In this document: positions 24,889 to 37,686 of the stretch, one piece after another
How positions within the stretch are numbered: position 1 is the first letter of the stretch
Layout: every line of letters begins with the position of its first letter
NCBI GenBank assembly: GCA_951406725.2
Contig: OX597821.1
Span: 79,732,001 to 79,796,000, forward strand
Length of the DNA: 64,000 nucleotides
DNA from: Octopus vulgaris
Taxonomy: Eukaryota
Direction: 5' to 3'
The notes under the pieces: generated by a model
Told to the model about the DNA's origin: nothing
Databases searched by the model: none
Seen by the model: the letters and a program-made list of their open reading frames with translations, nothing else
Made by a program: the position numbers and the translations under genes

Positions 24889-27800
24889 TAGTTTTATTTT
24901 TATAGTGTGCTTTCACTTCACTACCGAGCGCAGCTCTGTGTGCCTTGGGTATGTGCTGTGATTTGTTGTGATGCTCTGATGGTTATTGTATGGAAAGTGT
25001 TCTGTGTAGGATGTGTGCAGTGCCTAGTGGTGCAATTTTCTGTATGTTATATGTGTTTGTAAGTCCTGGTGTTTTTGTTATGTATTTGTCTGAATATTTT
25101 TTTATCATGCCTAATGCACCTACTATGATAGGAATTGTTTCTGTTTTTAGATTCCACATTCTGGTTACCTCTATTTCCAGGTCTTTGTATTTTGAAAGTT
25201 TCTCCATTTCTTTTAGAGACACGTTGTCATCTGCTGGTATTGATACATCAATTAGAAAGCATTTTTTTTCTTCATGATCTCTGACAACTATATCTGGTCT
25301 GTTGGCCTTAATTTCTCTATCTGTGTGTATCGGCATATCCTAGAGTATGGTTGCTTTCTCGTTTTCTGTGACCTTTTCTGGTGTGTGCCTATACCATCTT
25401 TTTTCTGTTGTTATTCCATAATGTTGGCATAGCTTCCAGTGTATGTAGGTTCCAACTCTGTCATGTCTGTGAATATATTCCTTCTTAGCCAGGACTGGGC
25501 AGCCAGAGATAATATGATTTATTGTTTCTTGTCCATCTCCAAATATTCTGCAGTTACTTGTAATATTTCTTTTCATTACATGTTTTTGGTAATTTCTGGT
25601 GGGGAGGCTTTGGTCTTGTGCTGCAATTAAAAAATCCCTCTGTTTCTGCTTTGAGTCCTGAGCTTCTCAACCATTGCTGGGATTTTTCTTTGTCTATTTC
25701 TTTTGCGTTTAGTTCAGTCAAGTATTTACCATGAAAGGGCTTTTCTTGCCATCGTTTTATCTTGTTTCCTTGCTGTTCTATTTTTAGTTTGGATTTCATT
25801 TGTTTTATAGCTTTTGTTGTTTCTTCATCTTCTTCATATTTATTAGGTGGTATGATTTCTTGTTTGTATTTGTCAGCTTCCTTAAATACTGAGAACAGTT
25901 TTTTTTGTTTTGCTCGTGTTTTGCTGCTATTTGTATCAGTTTCCCTTCCTTCTGAAGTAGATATTTTTGCAGTCCTATGGTGGTTATTTTATAGTAGTTT
26001 TCCAGCTGTATAAGGTCTCTACCACCTTCTATACGTTGTATATATAGTCTTTCTATGTCAGATTTTGGGTGATGCATCCTAGATCCTGTCATTATTTTTC
26101 TTGTTTTCCTATCTATTTTGGTCAGTTCATTTAGTGTCCAGTTAAGGATATTGTAGCTGTAACTTATAACTGGGACATCTAAAGTGTTAATACCTATTAT
26201 CTTGTTTTTAGCATTGAGCTCTGTTTTTAGTATTGATCTAACTCGTCTATAATATTCTTTTAATTTTCTCTTTCATTTGTGTGTGTTATGTCTTATCTAG
26301 TTCATGGATTCCTAAGTATTTGTAAGTTTGGCTTTGGTCTAATTCTTTTATTTCATTGGTTTTATCTAGTGTGATGTTGCTACTCTTAACTAGTTTTCCT
26401 CTTTTCGGGGTTACTTTGGCGCATTTTTCTAATCCAAATTTCATATCTATTTCTTTGGTAAATCCATGAACTATCTTTAATAGTGTTTCCAGCTGTTTGT
26501 CATTTGCAGCGTATAATTTTAGGTCATCCATATATAAAAGGTGGCTGATCGTTTTGCCGTAACATTTATATCGCATCCAGTTCTATTTAGCATATCAGAT
26601 AGAGGTGACAGTGCCAAACAGAAAAGGAGTGGGGAGAGTGTGTCTCCCTGGAATATTCCTCTTCTAACGGGGATGGCTTTGGTTTTCATGAGTCCCTCTT
26701 TCGTTTGGAGCTGTAGCACTGTTTGTCATTTATTCATATAGTGCCCTATGAGTTTTATAATTGTTGGTGCTACTTTGTTAATGACTAGTGTTTCGAGGAT
26801 CTATGTGTGGGGGATGCTATCAAACGCCTTTTCGTAATCAATCCCGGCCATACTGAGGCCCTTCTTCTTTCTGTGGCTGTCTTCAGTTATGGCTTTATTA
26901 ATCATTAGTTGATCTTTACAGCCATATGAGACTGTGCGGCATCCTTTCTGCTCTTCTAGAAACAGGTTGTTTTCGTCCAGGTGTTTGTTCAACCTTTGCG
27001 ATATCACTGCAGTAAATTCCTTGTACATTGTAGGGAGACAGGTTATTGGTCTGTAGTTTTCTGGTTTTGCTGTCTCATTTGATTTGGGAATTAAGATGGT
27101 TTTCCCCTTCGTGAGCCATTCAGGCATTGTCTCTGGCTCTGCTAATATGTTGTTAAAGTTTTCAGCCAGCTTTTTGTGCATTCCTGTTAGATATTTCAAC
27201 CAGAAGTTAGGGATCTTATCATGCCCAGGTGCCTTCCAGTTGCTTATACTTTGCAGTGCCTGGGTGACCTCTTCAGTTGTTATGGGGGTCCAAAGTTGCT
27301 CAGATGCTGAGTTTGTTGTTTTAATACTCCTTTTTTTGGTTGTTCGTTCGCCGACCATATTTCTCTCCATGATTCTTCCACTTCTTCTGCCGATGGTACT
27401 GCAGTGATTTCTATTTTACTTTTGCCAAGTTCTTGGTATAACTTTTTGGGGTTGGAGTTGAACTGTTTGTTTTGTTCAAAGAAGCGCTGGCGTTTCTCGT
27501 ACCGGCGGATCCTTTGTGCTTTGGCAAGGATATCTTGCTTCAGCTTTTCTTTTATTTCAGGCAAATCTTTCTCTGTGATGTTATATTTGCGGAGTATTTT
27601 TGTTTTCTTTTTGTTGCTCAGTAGCGTTGATTGTCTACTGATTTCATTAAGAATCGACAGATCTTTTCTCATTTTTTGTATTTTCTTTTGGGTGTTATTT
27701 ATCCACAGGGTTTGTTTGGGTGGTGGTACTCCTGTTTGAATGGGTCTGAGTGAGTATCCAGCTTCTTTTGTGGCTGCAGTGGCTGCTGCGTATACTAAGT

Positions 27801-28971
27801 CATTTATCTCAGTGATATCGCTTTTTGTTTCAGTGGCTATTAGTTCCGTGACGGCTAGGTTTATGCTGTTTATAATTGGTGTTGTTGTTTCGTCTATTTT
27901 GATTTTTGGGAGGTATGGTCGGTGGTCCATTTTGAGCTCTGTGTTTTTCAGTTCTTTGATTATTTTACTTTTTATATTATCATAATCATTAGGCTCCCCT
28001 TCGTTGTTTCCAGGTTTTAGATTTATGTCGCTTTCTTTCTTATTTATATGTTTGTTTGTCGTGTTTTGGCTTGCTGTTTGTCGTGTATTATTATGCATCC
28101 TTACGGTCTGGGTTTGTGGTTTTTTGTTTACATCGTGTTTGTTGGGAATGTTACGTTTGTCTTCGTGTTTTACTGTTTCAGTGTTTATATTATTGGGCAT
28201 TGTTGTGTGGCTTCTATCTACATTTTCCTGTTGTATTTTTTCTTTTAGATGTTCTCTTTCTATTTCTGATATATTTTTTGCGTTGATAATGTATCTTCGT
28301 TCGTTAGCTAGTTTATTAGGGTTCATTGCTGTATCCAAGTCTATATTTATGTTATTTTCCTTCCATATTTTATATGTATGTGTTGTTGTGTTTTAATTTT
28401 TTGGGTAGAGCACTGCTGTGAAGTATGCGTGTAGGATAGTAATGTATTCCTCACGGGTCCATTTATGTCTTTTGGGTTTTATTTGCGGGACATGAGGAAC
28501 AACGTCCGGCCCATTATTTTGACGGTCGTCATTTTCATAGGGTACCGGTCCGTTCATTTCTGTTGTCACATTGTTTTGCACGTGTAGTTTTTCGTACATT
28601 TTGTGTTGTAAGTTTAAAGTACGTACTTCCCGATTGTTATTCTTGGGTTGAATAATATCGGTGGTATTTAATTTCTTCGTAGTTTTTTGTACATGGCGTT
28701 TGGGGTCGGGGATGATCTGGTGTTGATGGATCGTAATGGTCTACGCATGTTTACATGTGTTGTGTTAGAGGTGGAGATGATATCGAGTTAAAATACGTCA
28801 TTTCGTTTCGAAAATAGTAATAAATTTCAATGAGTATTACTTACTCGGATATAGTCCAATCCTTTGTTAGTAAATTTTTGGCTCCATACGATGTCTTTAT
28901 TTTCGATGTTTGTGGATACATTTCGGAGCTCTGTTTTATCATTCTTACATCTTAAACGTCCCCGGCGTCTC
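24886..28971 (-). mobile_element. Apparently full-length R4/Dong-clade retrotransposon (~4.1 kb), pseudogenised
   Basis: Colinear N-terminal RHKWTREEY (Myb-like), RT (NYRPITCL, IDYEKAFDSIPH, GIFQGDTLSP, YMDDLKLY), knuckle region ETINHIISGC..RHDRV and RLE NRPDIVVRD..IDVSIP..KLSKYKDL. Several frameshifts; (TTA)n on both sides. Confidence 0.95.
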
Positions 28972-29037
<66 letters not shown>

Positions 29038-29393
29038 TCACTGCTTGGAATCGAACTCGGAATCTTGGAATTAGTAGCCCGCGCTCTTAATCACTACGCT
29101 ATATGGAAGCTGGAGGGTGTATCAGCCGAAACGTTGTATTAACAACAAACAAGATGAGGACAAATATCCGTCAAATATAAATAATGTAAATAATGTAAAT
29201 AATGTCCTCTACAGTCTCCAGGATTGTTCCTTTGGTATTTCCAAATGGACGTCAGGATTTCACTTGATTTCGTGTACACACATCGCTGCGCATCTATGTG
29301 GTTTCAGGTTCGGTCCTGCTGCGTGGTATAAGGCGGGTAAGTGCTATATGAATGAATTCGATAGATAGTAACTGTGTGAAAGCCCCTCATATA

Positions 29394-30237
29394 CAGGGTT
29401 TTCGGCTTAAATTTGAATTTCCGTAAGAGGAAAAGAAAGCATATCTCATGCAAAAAGAAATTATTTTTAAAAAAGATAAAAAAATATTAACTAGATTATG
29501 GCCGGGAGATAATTTACTCAAAGTAGCCACCCTCAACTTCTATCGCAGCTTCAAGACGGCTCCGGAACCTGGTGCATGCGTTCCTCGTTGTGTTCCCGAG
29601 AAGAAGGAACACCTTTGATCTTCGCCACCAGCTCCACCTTGACTGAATGATTGGTGTCTTTCTCAACTGCGCTCCACACATAGTAATCCATGAGAAACGA
29701 ACTGGTGAAGTCGTAGAAATTCTCTGACAACAGCTTCTGACTCTCTCCGGTAGTATGGTACGAAAACGAATCCTGCTGCTACTCATGTGGCCTTCCAACA
29801 GCAACTCTCTCCAGTCGGGGCTTGACCACAGTCCCCAGCAGCCTCATATAACCGTCTGAATTGAGCCTAGGACCCTGTTCAAAGATGCGTGGCTCAATTC
29901 CGGCGTCCGGGCGTAGTCAGAACGTCTGCTGGCTTCAGCTTCGTAATCTCCGTTGCAACTGTCCATGTCACGTCTTACACTCTTTATAGTGTTCAGAGGG
30001 CATTGAACAGCAGTCATGATGTCGGCATTTTGATACCCAGAACGACTCATCATAATACATGTAGCTCTTTTCCAATATTCAAATGGCTTCAAGTCTTCCA
30101 TGTCGGCTAACTTTTTCTCAACTATAATCTTAACCATTTTGCTCGTCAACGTCGTTCTCTCTTCACCAATGCATCAAGCTGCTCCTGAAAAAAAAAAGAA
30201 GGCATTAAAATTTGTTAAATTTAGTCCGAACACCCTG
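29394..30237 (-). mobile_element. Internally deleted IS630/Tc1/mariner element (maT/DD37D-like)
   Basis: TIRs CAGGGTTTTCGGCTTAAATTT / AAATTTAGTCCGAACACCCTG with TA on both sides. C-terminal ACTRFRSRLEAAIEVEGGYFE. Confidence 0.8.
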
Positions 30238-30690
30238 TATATATCTTTCACCTTTTGTCTTTTACACGCTTCAGTCAATGACCATGGCCATACTAGAGCA
30301 CTTCCTGGAAAAGTTGTAGTTGAACGAATCGAAACCGGTATTTATTTTTAAAGCCTAGCCATTATTCTATCAGTGTGTGTGTTTTTTCAATGTTTACAAA
30401 CAACATGAAAATAAATAAATAAATAAATAAATAAAATAAATAGTTACCAGGTTAGCAAAAATTCGCACAAGTACCAATGATGTAACAGTCTACTTATAAA
30501 GGTAGAAACTTCAGGTTTAGGTGAAATGTTTTTGTATAATATAGGTAAATAAATAAATGGAATTAAACGCATTCTGTTAAAATGTCTTATTGACGTGTTT
30601 GGTTTCTTTCTTCCCTTGATAAAATTGCATTATTTTACACCATTTTATTCCTTCTGGAATAATACTCACTCGTAAAGTGAGGTGTTCATG

Positions 30691-30739
<49 letters not shown>

Positions 30740-30849
30740 TTGGTTGAACAAAGAGCAGTGGAACTGAGGACATGAGTACATTTTTTCTTTCTTTGTAGTT
30801 TCAGCTCAGAGCTGCTGCCATGCTGGGGCACCGCCGTTTTGTTACACTG

Positions 30850-31074
30850 TTATTATTGAGAGCCTCCTCTAATATGTGACATTTGGTGAATAAGGGAAAT
30901 TGATGTCGCTACACTTATTTGCACCTCTTGCCGCGAGGCAGGTTCATCTGGAACTCTCGATATTAAGAGGTTCAGTTTTGCTTTGAAAACACCTACATCC
31001 ACTTTATGTAGGTCCCTCAGGCTCTTTGGGAGAGTATTAAAAAGCTGAAACCCAAGCTGTTGCAGCAACTAGTC

Positions 31075-31075
<1 letters not shown>
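30850..31075 (-). mobile_element. CR1-group LINE 3' fragment
   Basis: QLFNTLPKSLRDL..VFKAKLNLLISRVPDEP..SLIHQ is typical of a CR1-group ORF2 C-terminus. Confidence 0.6.
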
Positions 31076-31159
<84 letters not shown>

Positions 31160-31164
31160 AATAA

Positions 31165-31640
31165 AAAGGTAAAGGCCTCCTTCGGCTATGAATGACCTTG
31201 GGATTGCCCCTAGAAAGCTCCCCTTTTAAGCACAAGTCCGGAAGACCAACAGTCGCCCATGCCTTCTCTCTTCACCGATGGGAAAGGCAAAAACTGATAC
31301 AGCTTGGCACCAGTGACGTCGCAGCTCCTTTCTACAGCTGAGTGAACTGGAGCAACGTGAAGGAAAGTGTCTTGCTCAAGAACACAACAAAAATAATCGA
31401 ACTCAGCACCTCATGATTGTGAGCCCGACGGTCTAAACCAGTGCTCCCAAACCGGTATCCCGGGGCACACCGGTGTGTCACGAGACAATGCTAGGTATGC
31501 CGCAGTGTAAACTGAATATATTTTCCCCCTTATACTTTTAGTTATATTTATCGTTCAGGTGTACCGCCGAATTTTGAAAAGAATATAAATGTGCCGCAAG
31601 TGGAAAAAAGGTCGCGGAGCACTGTTCTAAATCACTGAGC
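31165..31640 (-). mobile_element. SINE family D, interrupted by a hAT MITE
   Basis: CAGCTGAGTGAACTGGAGCAACGTGAA..GTGTCTTGCTCAAG is shared with 37380-37686. Confidence 0.65.
31439..31624. mobile_element. hAT (Charlie-like) MITE
   Basis: TIRs CAGTGCTCC../..GGAGCACTG with imperfect 8-bp TSD GTCTAAAC/TTCTAAAT. Confidence 0.75.
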
Positions 31641-32729
31641 TCACAAGGCTTTGGTCGGCCCTGAGCTATAGTAGAAAATACTTGCCCAAGTACCGCGCAG
31701 TGAGACTGAACCCGGAACCATGCTGTTGAGAAGTAAGATTCTTTTGCTACATGTATGTATGTGCATGAATATACACTCACACGTATAAATTATGTACCAG
31801 CAATGGATTAGTACAATCTGCTAGAGATTAAGCCTGAGAAATATTATTGGATTTCTTCGTTTTACCTTTCTTGCATTTGTAGCTGATAATGATGATGACT
31901 ATGATGATGATGATTATATCGAATAAGGTAATAACGACATCAACAACGAAGGCAACGACGAACAATGACGGTGGCGACCATGATGACAGCAATGACAATG
32001 ATTAGGATAATGGTGACGTTAATAACGATGTTGTTGTTGTTGTTGGTCGGAACGCTAGTGTCTCATTCATGTGAATGGGAGGAGCCATTTGAAACTAATT
32101 CATAAATATGGTAGCATACAGTTTACGGATGATTGGGTGACTGAACGGGTGAGCGGAGCGAGTGGGTTGAGCGGTGTGCGTGGTTTTGTTGGTGGTGCTC
32201 GGTCAGGAGAAAAAGATTCATTTCTTTAGCGACTCTATGTTATTAATTGATTTTTCACCCCACCCCCACCCCCACCACCATCGCAGCCGCTGCCACCACC
32301 GCCACCGCCGCCCCCACGACCATGACGATGACGACGACGACAACGACCCCCCCCCACCACTTCATCTACTCCAATTCAACCATGTATCGAACCTGCTAAT
32401 TGGCAGTTATGTATCGGCACGCGCTGTGGCTAATTATTGGTTTTACACCGGGGAAATCGAAGCCATTTGTTGCACAGATAATCACCACCACCGCTTCAAC
32501 GACCAACACTACAAATCCCACCCCACCATCATCACCACCACCACCACCACCACCTTCACCACCACCACAAATCCCCTATTACCATCACTATTATTAACAC
32601 AATGACAGCTACCACGACCACGACAACGACCACCAATGGCATAGCACCTCACAAGCAGCACCATCACTCATGCCATTACCACCGTAATCACCACAACCAC
32701 CACCACTATCACCATCTCATCACTGCTCG

Positions 32730-32760
<31 letters not shown>

Positions 32761-33257
32761 TGCGGTTTCTTTCCACCTCACAGCTTTCTTCCGTTCCCCC
32801 TTCTCCATACCCCTACCAACTCGTGCTGTTTGATGGCAGCGTATAAGAAATATATTAATAAATACAAAAACAGCCTTCGTTCGATTGGTATTGATCACAC
32901 ATTTTCCCAATATTTGGAAACAACACACGCAAAAAGAAACAATGAAAAAATAAATGATAAAATAAAGTGAGGAATACCGAGGCTATTTAAGATGTCAGGT
33001 GAACAACATTTCATAAACAGCTATTAAACTGTGGATTGTGAGTTCAATCTTAGTGCGGAAAACGTAATAAATTTGCAAACTTGAATAAGATGAAGGTTGC
33101 TAATATCATCATTATTTTTTTCTATTCACAGCGAAACATTAGACTAGAAGGAAGTTTGAAACTATTGATTGTATATAAATCTGTGTTTATCCTTATGTCA
33201 CCTCTGTGTGTGTGTATAAATGTATATATATATATGTATATGTATATAAATGTATAT

Positions 33258-33395
33258 GTAGGAGTGGCTGTGTGGTAAGTAGCTTGCTTACCAACCACAT
33301 GGTTTCGAGTTCAATCCCACTGCGTGGTACCTCTGGTCGACCAAAGCCTTGTGAGTGGATTTGGTCGACGGAAACTGAAAGAAGCCCGTCGTATA
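33258..33395 (+). mobile_element. SINE family A 5' part
   Basis: GGAGTGGCTGTGTGGTAAG..GAAACTGAAAGAAGCCCGTCG. Confidence 0.75.
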
Positions 33396-33778
33396 TAACA
33401 CCATCTATATAACACCAAGTAAGTTAGGGGCTGTGGATCCAACCCACTAAGGGATAATATTTACCCAATATACTGTTGGTATAATACCCAAATTATTAAT
33501 GCACAAGTGTTTTTAATTGTAATGCAATTAACTTACTTATTGTATTAAATGGGTGAAGGCAAAGAAATATTTTACCATTAATTTATAATATAAACAAGAA
33601 AATAGAGAAACAATTTAGTTGGTTCATCAGCTTTAGGATATTAGAATGTTGACTTATTTATTTATTTAACAAAAACGAGAACCTTAATAACATACATATA
33701 TACATTATAATTCAATACATATGAAATAAGAATACAATTATAAAAATCTTAATATAAATTATAGAAATCATTAAAATC

Positions 33779-33907
33779 ACTCTTACAGCTGTTTCAGCCT
33801 ATGGAAAAAAGTAGTTTTTCAGTGCCTGCAGTTGTCAATTATATTGAGGTTGTAGGCATTTAAAAATAGGGTACTTATATATATAACCATAGGCCTCGTC
33901 AGAAATT
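33779..33907 (-). ncRNA. Type I hammerhead motif with long stem II insert
   Basis: Minus strand CTGACGA-GGCCTATGG..(~82 nt)..CCATAGGCT-GAAAC-AGCT-GTA. ACAGCTGT is palindromic; stem I is weak (AATTT/AGAGT). Confidence 0.68.
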
Positions 33908-33991
33908 ATAAAAAACTTCCAAAATATAAATACATGAAACAGGATACACGTATAATTTAATATATATAAATATAAACAAATAACCATATAC

Positions 33992-34416
33992 GGATCTTTT
34001 CGGTTTGAACGGCAGTTTTTAACATAATTTCTAGGTTACTAAAAAATTTTAAACTTCGTATACTGGTAGAATGTGTTTATAAAACATCTTTTTCTCTTGG
34101 CTTTATTGAGAAAATTCTATATTTGTAAGATATTTGTTGTTTTTTTCTTCAATTTCTGCAATTTCAACCCATCACTGACGTCCATTGAGGTAAACAGCAT
34201 TCTGTGCCGTATGAAAATATCCCTCGTTTAAGAAACAGATTGGGTTTATTTACATTTGTGAAGAAAAAAAGATACCATTCCCCCCACCCCTAACCCTAAC
34301 CCTAACTAACCCTAAAATAGATTGAAATGCAATAGATCGATACTAGGGTCATAATTATGGGTGACAATTTCGTATGACACCGCTAGAAAAAACTGCCGTT
34401 CAAACCGAAAAGATCC
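33992..34416. mobile_element. MITE with 29-bp perfect TIRs and internal (CCCTAA)n
   Basis: GGATCTTTTCGGTTTGAACGGCAGTTTTT at 33992-34020 and its reverse complement at 34388-34416. Confidence 0.85.
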
Positions 34417-34452
34417 CCATATATACATACACATATACTTTGCTTATGTATG

Positions 34453-34522
<70 letters not shown>

Positions 34523-34564
34523 GTTATTTGTCTATATTTATATATATTAATATTTATATATTAT

Positions 34565-34853
34565 GTGATCGACCAGACTATCGGGTGTTGTTAGACATCG
34601 CTGGTCACAATGCGTTTTACATGGTTTTAGCTTTCAAATGAGGCCACTCCACTGGATAGGCGAGCAGGCCAACATTTCCTATGATATGGATGCTAGTCTG
34701 TCGCAGGGTTACCTACTTGCAACTGAGTGGATTGGAGCAACGTGAAATGAAGTGTCTTGCTGAAGAGCACAGCGCATCGCCCGGTCCGGGAATCGAACCC
34801 TAGATCTAGCTATCGTGAGAGCAACACCCTAACCGTTGGACCACGCGCATTCA
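34565..34853 (-). mobile_element. Chimeric SINE (family D body, tail as in the family B copy at 3118)
   Basis: Tail CATCGCTGGTCACAATGCG is the reverse complement of ~3338-3355. Body GGAGCAACGTGAAATGAAGTGTCTTGC. Confidence 0.65.
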
Positions 34854-35515
34854 TATGTGTGTGTGTGTATGCCACTAGTGTGTGTTTGTTTACATAAGCT
34901 CTGAATGATAGGAGTTATAAGTAGTGAAGCTGTTGTCTTTTCTCCTGTCAATACATTGTCCACAATTAAAATTTGGTATAGAAATTGCTCTAATAGTGTC
35001 TGCATTCATTGGCTGCAGGATTCGTTCAGGAAAATACCCTCAATTTTGTTTCACTTGTGCGGTGCTATTGCACACCAGCAGATTGATTTTACGCTATTTG
35101 CATCTATAGCTCAGACCAGTTATTCGAATTCGTCTCTAGTTAACAAGGGTATACGGTGCCAGCGGGCTAGAACAACAGAGAAATATCAATACCCACCATC
35201 CTCGTTCACCCACGGGGCGATTCATTTCGTATGTTTTCGAGATATTCAGTGTTTTTTTTTTAATACGCGACATCTTAAAGGGTCTTTTCCTTGGACGAAT
35301 CCCAAAGCCAATGAACGCATAAACAGAACACATACATTAAGTATGTGGCATCAGTGATGTTTATATTTTGCGCCTTCAGAGACAACTGAAATAGGAGACT
35401 AACACAGTACATCACCCAGTCCAGGAATTGAAACCACAATCTTACGATCATGAGTGCAAGACTCTAACCACTAAGCCATGCACCTTCACCCCACCACACG
35501 CACACACATATATGC

Positions 35516-35546
<31 letters not shown>

Positions 35547-35582
35547 TGTATGTATGTATGTATGTATGTATGTATATATATA

Positions 35583-35622
<40 letters not shown>

Positions 35623-36291
35623 CACATATACATCTCTCTCTCTCTTTCTATCTATCTATCTGTCTATTTGTGTATTTATATGTTTCTATATTTGTATGCA
35701 CGTAGTAACCGACTTACACAAAATTACTTGGAATTTTATCGGCAGCAATCCACAGGCCTAATCGATGAGGTCCCCCCTGTAGATGGAACCCCTGTCAATG
35801 GACCCTTCGACTTCTTAAGGTGGGTGCTCAATGGAGACGTTACGGGAACGTTGCAGGAATTGTTACATACTGCTAACTCGAGTCACTTCAACTTGCTATC
35901 AGAGTATAAGGCGATTAGATAGATAAAATGGTAACCTCGATATTACGTGACAAGGTTTTTTGTGTTAGTTGATTGAAGTTAGCCTAAGAGATATGCTCGT
36001 CTGTGGTGACAATTGTAAACTTCCTCGTATATTTTGTTGAGCAATACGGAGCTTCTACAGGATATGCAGTTTCTCTGAAACAGATCCTGTAATTATATAA
36101 TCCACTGGAATATAGAGGGACATTACTAGGATTGTTCTAAGTTATAATGGAGCAATCATGCTCTTGATTCTCTAGGCTCCCAAATATAACGAGACTACGA
36201 AGTGGTGTTATTCTCAATGCAAATAAATTCCGATGATGCTTATAACATTCCTTAAATAGTTTGTGATAAGTCCATATCATTCCTCTGGAGG

Positions 36292-36509
36292 AGTGAATGT
36301 TAGCGCGCCGGGCGAAATGCTAAGCGGTATTTCGTCTGTCGTTACGTTCTGAGTTCAAATTCCGCCGAGGTCTACTTTGTTTTTCATCCTTTCGGGGTCG
36401 GTAAATAAAGTACCAGTTTCGCACTGGGGTCGATGTAATCGACTTAATTCCTTTGTCTGTCCTTGTTTGTCCCCTCTATGTTTAGCTCCTTGTGGGCAGT
36501 AAAGAAATA
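36292..36509 (+). mobile_element. SINE family C
   Basis: Matches the reverse complement of 23060-23288; ends CCTTGTGGGCAGTAAAGAAATA. Confidence 0.82.
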
Positions 36510-37070
36510 TATATATACTACGGCTTCGGAAAGAAGATCTGCTGAGCGAAGTGACTCCTTTTCAGCAATTGTAAGTGGGCTGCTGGCGTAGGTGCTATAC
36601 AGATATATACTTTCACCAGTAGCATGTAATTCCGGAAGTGATATTGTCATGTCAAGAATTGCTAATCTTAATGTAATGTGTGTCGAAGAGTTTGAGTTCA
36701 TTATGCGTAGTCGGAAAGCGGTACCTTACATGAAATAGAAAGTTCCTAACAATATTTACTGTGACGTCTTAACTGTGAACGCCTATTAATTTCTACTCCC
36801 CAGTTCTTGGTGGGTTTGAGGATTCTTCATAAAAACTAATTCTAACTGTTAAAAATTACTCTGCATAAAAATGCCACGGATTTCTTAATTACAGAAGGGG
36901 AAGATTGGAAATACACCGTCCCTTCGTTTCACATCCTATAAGGGAGATCTCAGCGAGATTCAGCGTGACACAGAATGTGACATTGCTGCTCTTTTGAATA
37001 ACAGATACAATACATTTTTGCTAGCTGAGTGGACAGGAGCCGAATACCCTTACTACTAAGCCACGCGCCT

Positions 37071-37126
<56 letters not shown>

Positions 37127-37379
37127 ACACACCAGCTTAATTTAATTCCCCCTTAGTCGAAAGACACCTGTTGTTATATCCTGTTATTTGTATTTGTGTA
37201 ACATTCTCCGTTTCTTTTCGTCCTTGTTTTCGTATACATTCGCTGCTTTCTTCCAAGGAATCTAATGCCCTTAGCTTTTTCTTTGTTTTCTTTGTATCAT
37301 CTAGCTGGATGTTTTGTTGTCCCTTTTTTGTATCACCTGACTGTCTGGATGTTTTGCGTTCTTGTCCAATTTACGGTTA

Positions 37380-37686
37380 CGACGACGAGGGTCCCAGCTG
37401 ATACTATCAACGGAATAGCTTGCTCCTGAAATTAACGTGCAAATGGCTGAGCACTCCACAGACACGTATACCCTTCACGTAGTTCTCAGGGAAATTCAAC
37501 GTGTCACAGAGTGTGACAAGGCTGGCCCTTTTAATTACAGGTACAACTAATTTTTTCCACCTGTGTGGACTGGAACAACGTGAAATAAAGTGTCTTGCTC
37601 AAGAACACAACGCGTCGCCGGGAATTGAACTCACGACCTTACAATCGTGAGCCGATTGCCGTAACCACTAAGCCACGTGCCTTCAC
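37380..37686 (-). mobile_element. SINE family D
   Basis: Minus-strand head GTGAAGGCACGTGGCTTAGTGG with B box GAGTTCAATTCC. A deleted copy lies at 36945-37075. Confidence 0.8.

Larger units (their letters stand above)
24622..29200 (-). mobile_element. tRNA-head/(TAA)n/hammerhead-tail element, copy 2, with inverted partial tail, 15-bp TSD and a nested full-length Dong LINE
   Basis: TSD AATGTCCTCTACAGT at 24607-24621 and 29201-29215. Tail 24622-24802 (-), head 29032-29103 (-), inverted partial tail 29105-29200 (+). Confidence 0.85.

Noticed and set aside
28880-28971. HDV-like ribozyme at the Dong 5' end
   Set aside because: Known in some related retrotransposons, but I could not pair the nested double pseudoknot by eye. 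It needs a descriptor search.
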